Positions 35,915-44,610 of a DNA stretch of 64,000 nucleotides are shown one piece after another. A model generated the notes under the pieces. The model was not told the origin of the DNA and made no database searches. It saw only the letters and a list, made by a program, of their open reading frames with translations. The stretch comes from a virus (Duplodnaviria > Caudoviricetes): the IMG/VR virus record IMGVR_UViG_3300044506_000032, positions 1-64,000 of that record; one strand, written 5' to 3'. Both the position numbers and the translations under genes were made by a program. Within the stretch, counting starts at the first letter, position 1. The number at the start of each line of letters is the position of its first letter.

Positions 35915-37180
35915 TCAGATCGCGCCGGTGCGCTGCGCGAACTCCCGCAGCCCCGGCACCGTCGACGGCCCGTACAGCAGCCCCGCGGTCATCGCCCGCA
36001 GCGCCGGCCGCCGAACCTCCTCCGGCGCAGCCTGCTCGACCTGGCGCAGCGCGGCGAACGTGCGCTTCTGGTCGCCGAGCCGGTGCCACATCCGCGCCAC
36101 ATCGGTCGCGGCCCGCGCAGCGCGTTCCGCCGACGTCCACGACACCGCGCCCAACCTGGTCGCGTAGGGCACGCCCTCGTCCGGGGTGCCGAGCGCGTTG
36201 TGGACGCTCACCCAGTACGAGTCGACCTGCGTGGCGGTCGCGTCCACGGTGAACAGCATCCGGCCCGGGGCGGCAGACGCCCGCTCCACCATGCTGCCGG
36301 CATGGCCCATCAGGTCGAGCGCATCGCTGCGCCGCCCGTCGGACGCGGCCGTGTAGGCGGCGGTGAGCAGCATGGTCGCGGCGACAGCCTGCTCAGCCGG
36401 GCGGCCGGAGTCGAGCTGGGTCGCGGTCTGGCGCAGCAGGTCGACGGCGGCACCGGGCCGGCCGGCGCGGCGCATGGTGATCCCGAGGACCCGGGCGGCC
36501 TCGCCGATCACCACGGGGTCGCCAGAGGCGCGTGCCGCTGTGAGCGCCCGGTCGGCGGTCAACCAGGCCATGTCCGAGTGCTGCTTGAACGCGAGCTCGG
36601 TCGCGAGGACGTAGGCGCGCGCCACGGCCGCCTGCGCCTGCTCCCGGGCCTGTCCCGACGCGGCGTCACGGGTCGCCTCGGCAGCCGCCAGCAGGGCCGG
36701 AAGATGCTCGCCAAGGGCGCCGTATCGGGCCCCGGTGAAGTCGGCCTTGGCGGCGGCCAGACCCTTCTGCAGTCGGGGCAGCGGGACCGCCTCGGCGGCC
36801 GGCGGGGAGAACAGTGCCGACTCCAACCCGGCAGCCGGATCCGCCTGCGCAGGGCGCGGCGTGGCAGCGGCGGCCGGCAGGCCAGCCGCGAGGGAGATGC
36901 TGATGCCCGCGGCTCCAGCAAGTAGTTCTCTGCGGCGCACCGCGTCCTCCTGGGGGTCGTGGCCTGACGCGACCACCCTAGCGAGGCCGAGCCGTGCGGG
37001 GTCGATGTCGAGCACTGTGGCGAAACGGGCGAGAGTGTCGTGGTTGGGCTGTAAGCGGCCGGCTTCGATGCGGCTGATGCTGGACGCCGAGTAGCCGGTG
37101 GCGTGGCCAAGCTGACCTTGAGTCATGCGGGCTACGGAGCGGGCTCCGCGGATGATGTCGCCGATGTCGAGCGCGCTCAT
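35915..37180 (-). CDS. XRE-HTH plus TPR-like helical-repeat transcriptional regulator
   Basis: MTQGQLGHATGYSASSISRIEAG; VRRRELLAG linker; helical repeats. Confidence 0.9.
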   Translation of the reverse strand: MSALDIGDIIRGARSVARMTQGQLGHATGYSASSISRIEAGRLQPNHDTLARFATVLDIDPARLGLARVVASGHDPQEDAVRRRELLAGAAGISISLAAGLPAAAATPRPAQADPAAGLESALFSPPAAEAVPLPRLQKGLAAAKADFTGARYGALGEHLPALLAAAEATRDAASGQAREQAQAAVARAYVLATELAFKQHSDMAWLTADRALTAARASGDPVVIGEAARVLGITMRRAGRPGAAVDLLRQTATQLDSGRPAEQAVAATMLLTAAYTAASDGRRSDALDLMGHAGSMVERASAAPGRMLFTVDATATQVDSYWVSVHNALGTPDEGVPYATRLGAVSWTSAERAARAATDVARMWHRLGDQKRTFAALRQVEQAAPEEVRRPALRAMTAGLLYGPSTVPGLREFAQRTGAI

Positions 37181-37239
37181 GGTTGCCCTCCCGAGCATGA
37201 ACGTCTGCGCCCCTGCATTGACTGTGCGTCAGCCCATCA

Positions 37240-37276
37240 TGCACAGCGCGTGCAGGGTCTGCACAGCGTTTGCAGG
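37240..37276. promoter_or_regulatory. direct-repeat operator between divergent genes
   Basis: TGCACAGCG-NN-TGCAGG twice with a 20-bp period; TTGACT at 37218. Confidence 0.7.
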
Positions 37277-37377
37277 ACTCCCCCGAACTGTTCCGCACGC
37301 CCCTCCCGGCGCGGTTACCTGGATTCACGCCGGCCGGCGAGCCCAGAACACCAGCCCCCGATCAAGGAGACACCGGT

Positions 37378-37905
37378 ATGACCAGTCCCACCGATCGCCC
37401 GCCCGGCCCCATGCCGCCGTCCGGCGTCCGCGACCCGCGCACACTGCTCACCCCGCACGAGTTCGACAGCGTGGTGACCGTCATCATGGAGGTCAACCGC
37501 GGCATGGAGCTGGCCGTCGCGGAGCGCATCGCCTGCGAGGGCATCAAGTTCGTGACGGTGGCGGCCGAGTTCCCCGACCAGGACATCGCCCCGAGCCGGG
37601 TCGTGGACGAGGGCTGGCACGCCCTGATCCTGAACACGGCCATCTACGCGGCCCTGTGCGAGCGCCTCGGCGGTGGTTTCATCCACCACATCCCCGGCCC
37701 CAACGCCACCCACTGGGACCCGCCGATCCTGGACCGCACGCGGGACCTGATCCGGCAGGCCGGGTTCACGGTGGACGACGAGCTGTGGGCGCACCCGGAG
37801 GACCGCACGTTCACGGTGGCGGCGAACTGTCAGCACTCGAAGAACTGCGTGATCAGGCCGATGCCGACGCCGCAGCCGCCCGTGACGGTGGCCGTGGCGG
37901 TCTGA
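37378..37905 (+). CDS. GRDP/DUF1399-like protein
   Basis: APSRVVDEGWHALILNT..Y...C......HH.P motif; AAGGAG RBS. Confidence 0.75.
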   Translation: MTSPTDRPPGPMPPSGVRDPRTLLTPHEFDSVVTVIMEVNRGMELAVAERIACEGIKFVTVAAEFPDQDIAPSRVVDEGWHALILNTAIYAALCERLGGGFIHHIPGPNATHWDPPILDRTRDLIRQAGFTVDDELWAHPEDRTFTVAANCQHSKNCVIRPMPTPQPPVTVAVAV

Positions 37906-37944
37906 CGGACCGTCTACCCTGCTGCCAACGAGAGGAGGCTGGGC

Positions 37945-38103
37945 ATGGAGGAGTGGATCAACCCGCGCTATGCCGAGCTGGTCGCCGCCTTCCGGCGGCA
38001 GCAGGACGGAGACACGGATGCGCCCCTGCTCGCCCTGAGCCCGAACGACGCTCCGGGCCCAGGGCGGGGATTCATCACTGCAGGTAGCGCCGCCCCCGAG
38101 TAG
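37945..38103 (+). CDS. 52-aa peptide
   Basis: GAGGAGG RBS; MEEWINPRYAELVAAFRRQQ... Confidence 0.65.
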   Translation: MEEWINPRYAELVAAFRRQQDGDTDAPLLALSPNDAPGPGRGFITAGSAAPE

Positions 38104-38117
38104 GAGGAGGAACAGCC

Positions 38118-38228
38118 ATGAGCGACATCCAGATGAAGCACAAGGGTGGCTCGAAGGAGCCGCCGAAGCACCGCGGCAACCCGGCCCCGGAGCCCACGCC
38201 GACCCCCACCCCCGCTCCCTCGAAGTAG
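38118..38228 (+). CDS. 36-aa Lys/Pro-rich peptide
   Basis: GGAGGAGG RBS; MSDIQMKHKGGSKEPPKHRGNPAPEPTPTPTPAPSK. Confidence 0.65.
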   Translation: MSDIQMKHKGGSKEPPKHRGNPAPEPTPTPTPAPSK

Positions 38229-38236
38229 CACCAGGC

Positions 38237-38271
38237 GGCTGGCCCCTCGTGTACGTTGCGAGGGGCCAGCC
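38237..38271 (+). terminator. hairpin after the peptide genes
   Basis: 13-bp perfect stem GGCTGGCCCCTCG/CGAGGGGCCAGCC. Confidence 0.7.
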
Positions 38272-38283
38272 CCGCGCAAGGAG

Positions 38284-38850
38284 ATGCCAGTGAGTGACCG
38301 GTTCCTGATCTCGTACGAGTCGCGGCACTTCGTGGATACCGACTGGACGCAGCGAGCCGACCGGTGGATGGCCTCGTTCTACACCCAGACGGACACGTCG
38401 ATCTTCGGGACGGCTGCGATCACCCGAGTCGTGCCCGGCATCACGCCGAATCCGCGGGTCGCGCTTGAGACGGACCCGGGTCTACTGGACCGCATCCCCC
38501 GCGTGATCTTCACCGAGGGCGGCGAAATGGTCCCGGCGGTCGCCGATATGCACCCCACCCTGCTGCTCCTCCTCGAATCCGTCGAGGTGAATGAGAAGTG
38601 GCGCGGCAAGGGCGTAGGCATGAGCCTCGCGATCACCGCGCTGCGCCACCTGGCCACAGGGCCCGGTGCTGTCGCCGTTTGCTACCCGGCGCCGATCCAC
38701 GACCACGGCCCCGACGAGCCGTGCTCGTACGACTCGGACGACCCGGAAGTGCGCCGGCCGGACGAGGAGGCGATGGCCAAGCTCCGGGCGGCGTGGGAGC
38801 GGCACGGGTTCAAGCCGATCGGCGAAGGCATCTACGCCATGGCCCTGTAG
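38284..38850 (+). CDS. GNAT-fold protein
   Basis: Motif A VEVNEKWRGKGVG; C-terminal AWERHGF. Confidence 0.7.
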   Translation: MPVSDRFLISYESRHFVDTDWTQRADRWMASFYTQTDTSIFGTAAITRVVPGITPNPRVALETDPGLLDRIPRVIFTEGGEMVPAVADMHPTLLLLLESVEVNEKWRGKGVGMSLAITALRHLATGPGAVAVCYPAPIHDHGPDEPCSYDSDDPEVRRPDEEAMAKLRAAWERHGFKPIGEGIYAMAL

Positions 38851-38910
38851 CGGGCAGGGCATGAGAAAGCGCCCGCCGCGGCGAACGTGGCGGGCGCCAT
38901 GGGCCAGCTG

Positions 38911-39396
38911 TTAGTAGTCGCTCGGGACAGCGACGAAGAGGTTGTGGACGCGGCGTGGGCCGAGGCGGCGCTTCCCCGCCTTCTTGAACGCGCCCTCCTG
39001 GACTAGCCGCGCGCTGTATACGACGGCGGTCCCGTAAGGGATGCCGAGCTGCTCCTCCAGGTCGCGACAGCTGAAGGGCTGATCACCGAAGTGCTCACAG
39101 GCGAGAGGGTGGAGATTCATGGAAGGGAAGCGATCGCCTTGATAGGGCGTCGAGTTGTAGACGACGTTGTGTTCGGGATGCTCCGCAATGATGCTCTCCC
39201 GTTCTGCTTCGGCAGCCTCCTTGCGAGATGAGTACCAGGTCACCTCGTAGGTAGCAACGTTCGGCCACCAAGCCTTGTCGGCGTGGGAGTACCAGCGCTT
39301 GGCTGGCTCATCGCAGATCCCGATGTAGAGCAGTTCGCCGCGCTCGTTGAGGAAGCGATAGAGGGCAACCTCACCCGGGTTCGTCCGATTGATCAT
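38911..39396 (-). CDS. GIY-YIG domain plus HTH protein
   Basis: ALYRFL...LLYIGI..P..RW..H...WW...AE...I..E.P.HN; start uncertain. Confidence 0.85.
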   Translation of the reverse strand: MINRTNPGEVALYRFLNERGELLYIGICDEPAKRWYSHADKAWWPNVATYEVTWYSSRKEAAEAERESIIAEHPEHNVVYNSTPYQGDRFPSMNLHPLACEHFGDQPFSCRDLEEQLGIPYGTAVVYSARLVQEGAFKKAGKRRLGPRRVHNLFVAVPSDY

Positions 39397-39715
39397 TTGG
39401 CCCCGCATGGCCCGCAGTCTCACCTGTCTGACCCTCGCCCTTCTTTGGTCGCTTCGAGCCACGGAGCCCCTTCGAGATCTGCTGGGCGCGGGTGAAGTGG
39501 ATCCCCAGTGCGTCGCCGATCTCCTGCCAGGTCTTCCCTTGGTTCCTCATGCGAAGGACGCGCTGCTGGCGAATCTCTCGCAGGCGTGCGTGGCTCTCGG
39601 GCCAGTTCTGGAGGACGTCGGTGATCGCCTTGGCGCATGCGGCGTCGTCGTCGATCTCTTCCAGGGCCTTGATGGCGTCCACGAACCTCAGTACCTCCTC
39701 TGGCTGATCTGTCAC
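39371..39715 (-). CDS. Kor-like HTH repressor
   Basis: KTWQEIGDALGIHFTRAQQISKG; divergent from the transfer operon. Confidence 0.85.
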   Translation of the reverse strand: MTDQPEEVLRFVDAIKALEEIDDDAACAKAITDVLQNWPESHARLREIRQQRVLRMRNQGKTWQEIGDALGIHFTRAQQISKGLRGSKRPKKGEGQTGETAGHAGPNDQSDEPG

Positions 39716-39759
39716 TTCGCGCTCTCCTTTCTCGGACAGGAGAGCGCCACAGCCAGAAT

Positions 39760-39805
39760 GTTAGACCCCCGCTCTTGCTTTCACCTAGACCCCGGGTCTA
39801 ACTTG
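39760..39805. promoter_or_regulatory. transfer-operon promoter with TAGACCCC operators
   Basis: TAGACCCC (39762-39769); TAGACCC-C-GGGTCTA (39786-39800); TTGCTT-N18-TAACTT. Confidence 0.75.
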
Positions 39806-39920
39806 TTCCTTGTGAGGCCGAACTCCTTGGTCTCCATAGCAACATGCCCCGGCCGGCGCGCCAACGCCGAGACCGGGGCCAGTCCCACCCTCACGCCGCT
39901 AAGCCGAGGAGAGCAGGACC

Positions 39921-40136
39921 ATGCAGAAGAGTACCCAGAACACCCCCTCCGGCGGCAGCCCCGCGCCCGCCGCGAGCAGCGCCGATGCGCTCGCCAACGC
40001 CCAGGCCCGCGCCAACGACATCGCCAACCAGTTCGTCAACGCCTCCCACGCGACCCACGCCGAGCGGGCCGCCATGGTCCAGGACCTCAAGGCCGCCGCC
40101 GCCGAGCTCGACCGTCTCGAACGCGGCGGCGCGTGA
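39921..40136 (+). CDS. hypothetical protein
   Basis: GAGGAG RBS; first gene of the operon. Confidence 0.7.
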   Translation: MQKSTQNTPSGGSPAPAASSADALANAQARANDIANQFVNASHATHAERAAMVQDLKAAAAELDRLERGGA

Positions 40137-40369
40137 TGTTGATCGCCGCCTTGTTCGTCTGGCTGGTGATGATCCCGCTCGCCGCGTACCAGGTCGTACT
40201 GAACCGGCGCCTGAAGCGGCTGGCCGCCGAGCGTGTCGCTGACGCCGCAGGCCTGCCGCCCGAAAGCAGCTCCGAGCCCCGATTCGGTCACCTGCTTCCC
40301 GGCGCAGCACACGGCAAGCTGCCGGCCCGCTCCGACGTCCGCTACGCCACCTTCAAGGAGGAGCAGTGA
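40136..40369 (+). CDS. small membrane protein
   Basis: N-terminal TM helix; TGATG coupling. Confidence 0.6.
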   Translation: MLIAALFVWLVMIPLAAYQVVLNRRLKRLAAERVADAAGLPPESSSEPRFGHLLPGAAHGKLPARSDVRYATFKEEQ

Positions 40370-40548
40370 CCCCCGCGACCCGCATGGCCTACACCCTGAC
40401 CGCCGGCAACCAGCAGTACACCGGCACCACCACCGTCTACGGGGCCGTCGAGATCAGCGAGACCGTTGCCGCGATCGCCCAGCACCACCACGTCCCCACC
40501 GCCGACGCGCAGCTGACCCTCACCCCGAAGCAGGAGGTGCAGCGATGA
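40366..40548 (+). CDS. hypothetical protein
   Basis: GGAGGAG RBS; coupled. Confidence 0.6.
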   Translation: MTPATRMAYTLTAGNQQYTGTTTVYGAVEISETVAAIAQHHHVPTADAQLTLTPKQEVQR

Positions 40549-40685
40549 ACCTCAACGACATGCCCTTCACCGAGGCCGACCTCGACCGGGTGCAGGACCT
40601 CACCAACGCCTTCCACTACGCCCAGCAGGACATCGCGAAGGGCTCCGACGACATCGTCTACCAGCTCACCGGCCAGCAGCTGTGA
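40545..40685 (+). CDS. hypothetical protein
   Basis: GGAGG RBS; coupled. Confidence 0.6.
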   Translation: MNLNDMPFTEADLDRVQDLTNAFHYAQQDIAKGSDDIVYQLTGQQL

Positions 40686-40879
40686 GCACCATCGCCGAGC
40701 ACGACGCGGACCTCAAGGTCATGCGCGGCTCGCTCACCCCCGAGAGCCCGATCAACCGGGACGACGACCTGGCCGTCGCGCTCGAGCTCTACCGCCTCTA
40801 CGGAGGCGACCCCACCACCGAAAGGAGCAACGCCACGTGCAGGAGCAGCAGCACACCACCGGCCCTCGCAGCGAGGTAG
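40682..40879 (+). CDS. hypothetical protein
   Basis: GTGA coupling; 3' end overlaps the next ORF. Confidence 0.5.
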   Translation: MSTIAEHDADLKVMRGSLTPESPINRDDDLAVALELYRLYGGDPTTERSNATCRSSSTPPALAAR

Positions 40880-40983
40880 ACCCCCGCGAGTTCGCCCAGG
40901 CCATCGGCCGGCTCTTCGGAGACGCCCCAGCCCCGCCGAAAGAGCCCGGCTGGAAGCTCTGCCCGGAAGACGACGACGACTGA
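40837..40983 (+). CDS. hypothetical peptide
   Basis: AAAGGAG RBS; coupled to 40983. Confidence 0.5.
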   Translation: MQEQQHTTGPRSEVDPREFAQAIGRLFGDAPAPPKEPGWKLCPEDDDD

Positions 40984-41246
40984 TGGTGGCGCAAGCAGCC
41001 AACTGGTGGGAGCGCCCCGACGACGACATCCGCACCCAAGGCGGCGGACGGGTCACGGCCTACGTGACCGTCACGATCAACGCCTTCTTCCACTGCACCG
41101 GCTGCGACGAAACCGTCCAGGTCACCACGCACACCGAAGCCGACCCGACTCACCTGCAGAACGAGATCCTCGCCAGCCTCACCGGCGCCAATTTCCACGC
41201 CGACGCCCACGCCAAGACCTGCACCAAGACACCGGAGACCACGTGA
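40983..41246 (+). CDS. hypothetical zinc-binding protein
   Basis: CTGC...HAKTC. Confidence 0.6.
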   Translation: MVAQAANWWERPDDDIRTQGGGRVTAYVTVTINAFFHCTGCDETVQVTTHTEADPTHLQNEILASLTGANFHADAHAKTCTKTPETT

Positions 41247-41447
41247 CCGAGCAACCCGACCCCGACCCCGACGACCAGGAGGCCCACCGTCTGCTCACCG
41301 AGCAGGCCAGCAGCAGCGAACACACCGTCTACGTCCCCGACCCCACCTGAGGAACCCCAGCGCGTCCCCGGCAGCAGGCCGGCACGGGCCCACGACCCAG
41401 ACGCGCACCAGTACCGCCAACACCAACCCAGCCCGAAAGGCCAAGCC

Positions 41448-42416
41448 GTGACCGAGCCCGACGCCACCACTGACCGCGCCCACTGGGCATGGCGACCAGT
41501 CGTCACCGCCGTGCTCGCCCTGGTCGCCTGGTCCGTCTCCACCTACCTCCACAACTACGTCCACGTCCCCTGGATCCTCGCCATCCTCGGCGCCGCGATC
41601 TTCGACCTCTCCGCCCTCATCCTCGCCGACCTCGCCCACCGCGCCACCAACAGCGGCGACACCGCGGCAGCCCTCATCTACGGCACCGGTGTCGCCCTGT
41701 TCACCGCGGCCTCCGCCGTCGTCAACTGGCTCCACGCCCAGGTCGCCGGCTGGGGCGTCGCCGGCGGAATCCTCTTCGCCGGAGCCCCGATCGCAGCCGA
41801 GATCCTCTTCGTTGCCCAGCACTGGTTCCAGCACCGCCGCAAGCTCCGCCGCGACGGCAAGCTCGGCGACGCCCTGCCGCGCCTCGGCCTCCTGTCATGG
41901 TCGTTCTTCCCGAACCGGTCCAGGAAGGTCATCAAGGCCGTCATCGAGTCCCGGCTCGACACGATCGAGACCGTTGCTGTCCGGCACGCGGAACTTGCCC
42001 GGGCAGCCGGGCAAGACGCCCCGGGCATGCCCGGGCAGGTGCCCGGGCAACAGGGCGAGCTGCCCGGCGCCCGCCCGGACAACGCCCTGCCGCCCCAGAC
42101 GCTCCGCCTCGAAATCGCCACCACGCCCTCCAGCGCCCACCCGGTGGTCGGGCAACTCGTGCCCGCTCGGGTACCGCGCCCGGCCGTCGTGCCCGAGCCC
42201 GTCCTCACCGCCCAGGCACCGGACGGGCAGGAGACCTCGCAGCCGGATCTGAGCATCGCGCAGGCCGTCCGGATTGCCATCGAGGAGATCGGCACGGACG
42301 TCGACGCCGTCACCGCCCGGGCAGCCGAGCTCAAGCCCGAATCCGACCGGGCAAACGTCCGCCGCGAAGCCCGCCGTCAGACCGGCAAGCTCCCCGGCAC
42401 CGGCCTCTACATGTGA
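41448..42416 (+). CDS. DUF2637/Spd-like multi-pass membrane protein with C-terminal HTH-like tail
   Basis: Four hydrophobic segments (AAIFDLSAL, SAVVNWLH, AGAPIAAEILF); low-complexity linker. Confidence 0.75.
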   Translation: MTEPDATTDRAHWAWRPVVTAVLALVAWSVSTYLHNYVHVPWILAILGAAIFDLSALILADLAHRATNSGDTAAALIYGTGVALFTAASAVVNWLHAQVAGWGVAGGILFAGAPIAAEILFVAQHWFQHRRKLRRDGKLGDALPRLGLLSWSFFPNRSRKVIKAVIESRLDTIETVAVRHAELARAAGQDAPGMPGQVPGQQGELPGARPDNALPPQTLRLEIATTPSSAHPVVGQLVPARVPRPAVVPEPVLTAQAPDGQETSQPDLSIAQAVRIAIEEIGTDVDAVTARAAELKPESDRANVRREARRQTGKLPGTGLYM

Positions 42417-43610
42417 CCCCGGGAAGGACCCCAACGCCATGCCGAACCACGTCCAGCCGCCCCGCTACAGCCTCACCGCCGACACCGTGGAAGCCAGCCT
42501 CAACGCCCTCCACGCGGCCCAGCAGCTCATCGAAGGACACCTCGCAGCCGTCGCCCCCGGCTCCCCCCGCACGCAGTTCAAGGCCGCCAAGAGCGCTCCC
42601 ATGGTCCTGCGGATCGATCTCGACCTCGGGCCACTTCTCGACCGGACCAACGGCACCATCGATGGCCTCACGCCGAGGCCCGAGCCGGCCAAAGACGAGG
42701 GACTGCCCACCACCGAGGGCACCCCCAGCTACCTCTGAGTCCCACTCACGCGCTGGCGTCGTCGTCGACGTCGACGAGTCCCCTCCCACCCCCCCCTGAC
42801 GTGCCGTTACCCCCCTCCAGAGCCGGGCGACGACAACGACGACTACGACTACGACGAGAAGGAGAGCCCCGGTGCCTGACACCGAAGCGCCCGCAGCGCC
42901 GCTGCCCACGGCCCCGGCCGAGTACCTCCCCGAGCCCGACGAATCCGTGTACGTCACCGCCCCGCCGGCCCCCGAGGAGCCGCAGCCGATCGACTGGACC
43001 GCGCCCTCGCCGATCGCGGAAGCGGCCCTGAACGACGACCCCCGCGAGCCGCGGTCCGCCCGCACCCGCGGCGTGCCGGCAGCCCCCGCCATGGTGGCCG
43101 CCGCCAACGGCATGGCCCTGGCGGCCACGACCGCCTACGAGGTCGGCGGGCTGATGGCCCTTGCCTCCACCGCGACCGTGCTCCTGGGCGGTACCGGGGC
43201 CCTGGTGGGCCGTCGCCGCTCCACCGTCCGCAACCGCAAGGCCGCGGCCGCCGGCGCCGCGAAGACCCTCGGGGCGACCAACCGCGCGGCGAATGCCCGC
43301 ACGGGCGCCGGGCGCTCCGGGGCCGGGGCGGGCAACGTCTCGGGCGGCGGCCGGGCAGGGGGCGGCCGCGGCCGGGACACGGCCGGGCACACCCGCGGCG
43401 GCCACAGCGCAGCAGGGCACCGTGCGGGCGGTCTCGACAGCCGCCCGTCCGGTGCCCGGGCAGAATCCGGTGGCCCGGGCACGGGCGGGCGCCGGGCGGC
43501 GGGCAACGGGCTGCCCGGCGCCAGCGCAGCCCCGATGCCGGGCGGGCGTGCGGGCGTGCCCGGGCAGGGCGCCCGGGCAACCGGCGGCCGCCAGGCTGCC
43601 GCCCCGGGCA
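41998..43610 (+). repeat. dispersed CCCGGGCA octamers (candidate clt/TraB recognition sequences)
   Basis: 10 exact copies at 41998, 42020, 42030, 42042, 42316, 43455, 43474, 43559, 43572, 43603. Confidence 0.7.
42439..42738 (+). CDS. hypothetical protein
   Basis: GAAGGA RBS. Confidence 0.6.
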   Translation: MPNHVQPPRYSLTADTVEASLNALHAAQQLIEGHLAAVAPGSPRTQFKAAKSAPMVLRIDLDLGPLLDRTNGTIDGLTPRPEPAKDEGLPTTEGTPSYL

Positions 43611-44560
43611 AGGGCGGCATGCTCGCCCGGATCGCCGACCGGCTCGCCGGCGGCACCGGCAAGAGCGGACCGAAGAAGAAGAGCGACGGGCCGAAGAACA
43701 AGCCCGACGGTCCGAAGAAGACCGACCGCGCGAAGAAGAACGACAAGCCGAAGAGCACCGACCAGACCGACCCGTCCTCCCCGGCCGACCAGACGCCGGC
43801 GAGCCGCACCCGCCGGTCCGCCGCGGCCGCCGCACGACTCGCCAAACGAGCCGCAGCCCGAACCGGACGGCTTGGCGCCGAAGGGCTGCGCCGCAGCAAG
43901 CCCTACCGCGACAAGGCCGCCGCAACTGTCCGCCGTGCCGCAGCGAAAACCGGCGGCGCCGGCTGGGACGCCACCGCGGCCCTGACCCGAGGCGTCCTGG
44001 CCGCCCTGCGACACCGCGACCTGCGCACCGGTTGGGAGCGGCTGCGCGAAGTGTGGCGCCGACGCCGCCAGGACCGTGCCACCCGCGCCGCCCGCAAGAA
44101 CGCCGCCAAGACCCAAGACACCGCGGCGCCCACCGTCGCCGACACCGTCCGCCGACCCTCCACCGCCATGACCGCCCGCACCACGACCGCAGCAGGAGCC
44201 TCCATGTCCGGGCACCACTTCCTCGCCTCCGCCACCGAGATGGCCCGCGCCGCCTCCGCCTACGACCCCACCGGGATGCTCCAGGTCGGCCAGGACTTCG
44301 CCGGCCTGCAGGAGTCCCTCGAACTGGTCGCCCAGTCCATGAAGATCAGCACCGACAAGGCCGACGCGAAGCAGCCGCTCGACCCCCGCATCATCGAGAT
44401 GATGCGCGGCATCTACCAGCTGCAGATGAAGGCCGCCCAGCTCGCCTCCGAACTGCCCGCCGCCTTCGAGCAGCTCCACCAGGTCGACCTCCAGCGCCTG
44501 CGCAACCCCCGCAAGGGCGCCGCCGGCGAGCGCATGTGGGACGTCAGCACCAACCTCTGA
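42872..44560 (+). CDS. TraA-like Streptomyces plasmid transfer protein
   Basis: TM near the N-terminus, Gly/Arg low-complexity middle, C-terminal helical domain ending RLRNPRKG..GERMWDV. Confidence 0.7.
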   Translation: MPDTEAPAAPLPTAPAEYLPEPDESVYVTAPPAPEEPQPIDWTAPSPIAEAALNDDPREPRSARTRGVPAAPAMVAAANGMALAATTAYEVGGLMALASTATVLLGGTGALVGRRRSTVRNRKAAAAGAAKTLGATNRAANARTGAGRSGAGAGNVSGGGRAGGGRGRDTAGHTRGGHSAAGHRAGGLDSRPSGARAESGGPGTGGRRAAGNGLPGASAAPMPGGRAGVPGQGARATGGRQAAAPGKGGMLARIADRLAGGTGKSGPKKKSDGPKNKPDGPKKTDRAKKNDKPKSTDQTDPSSPADQTPASRTRRSAAAAARLAKRAAARTGRLGAEGLRRSKPYRDKAAATVRRAAAKTGGAGWDATAALTRGVLAALRHRDLRTGWERLREVWRRRRQDRATRAARKNAAKTQDTAAPTVADTVRRPSTAMTARTTTAAGASMSGHHFLASATEMARAASAYDPTGMLQVGQDFAGLQESLELVAQSMKISTDKADAKQPLDPRIIEMMRGIYQLQMKAAQLASELPAAFEQLHQVDLQRLRNPRKGAAGERMWDVSTNL

Positions 44561-44610
44561 CCCACCACCAGCCCACCACCCGACACCCACAGACAAGGAA
44601 CACACCCGTC

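Noticed and set aside
37945-38228. Classical arbitrium AimP-type secreted pro-peptide
   Set aside because: Neither peptide has a hydrophobic signal sequence; only the looser hypothesis is retained in the findings
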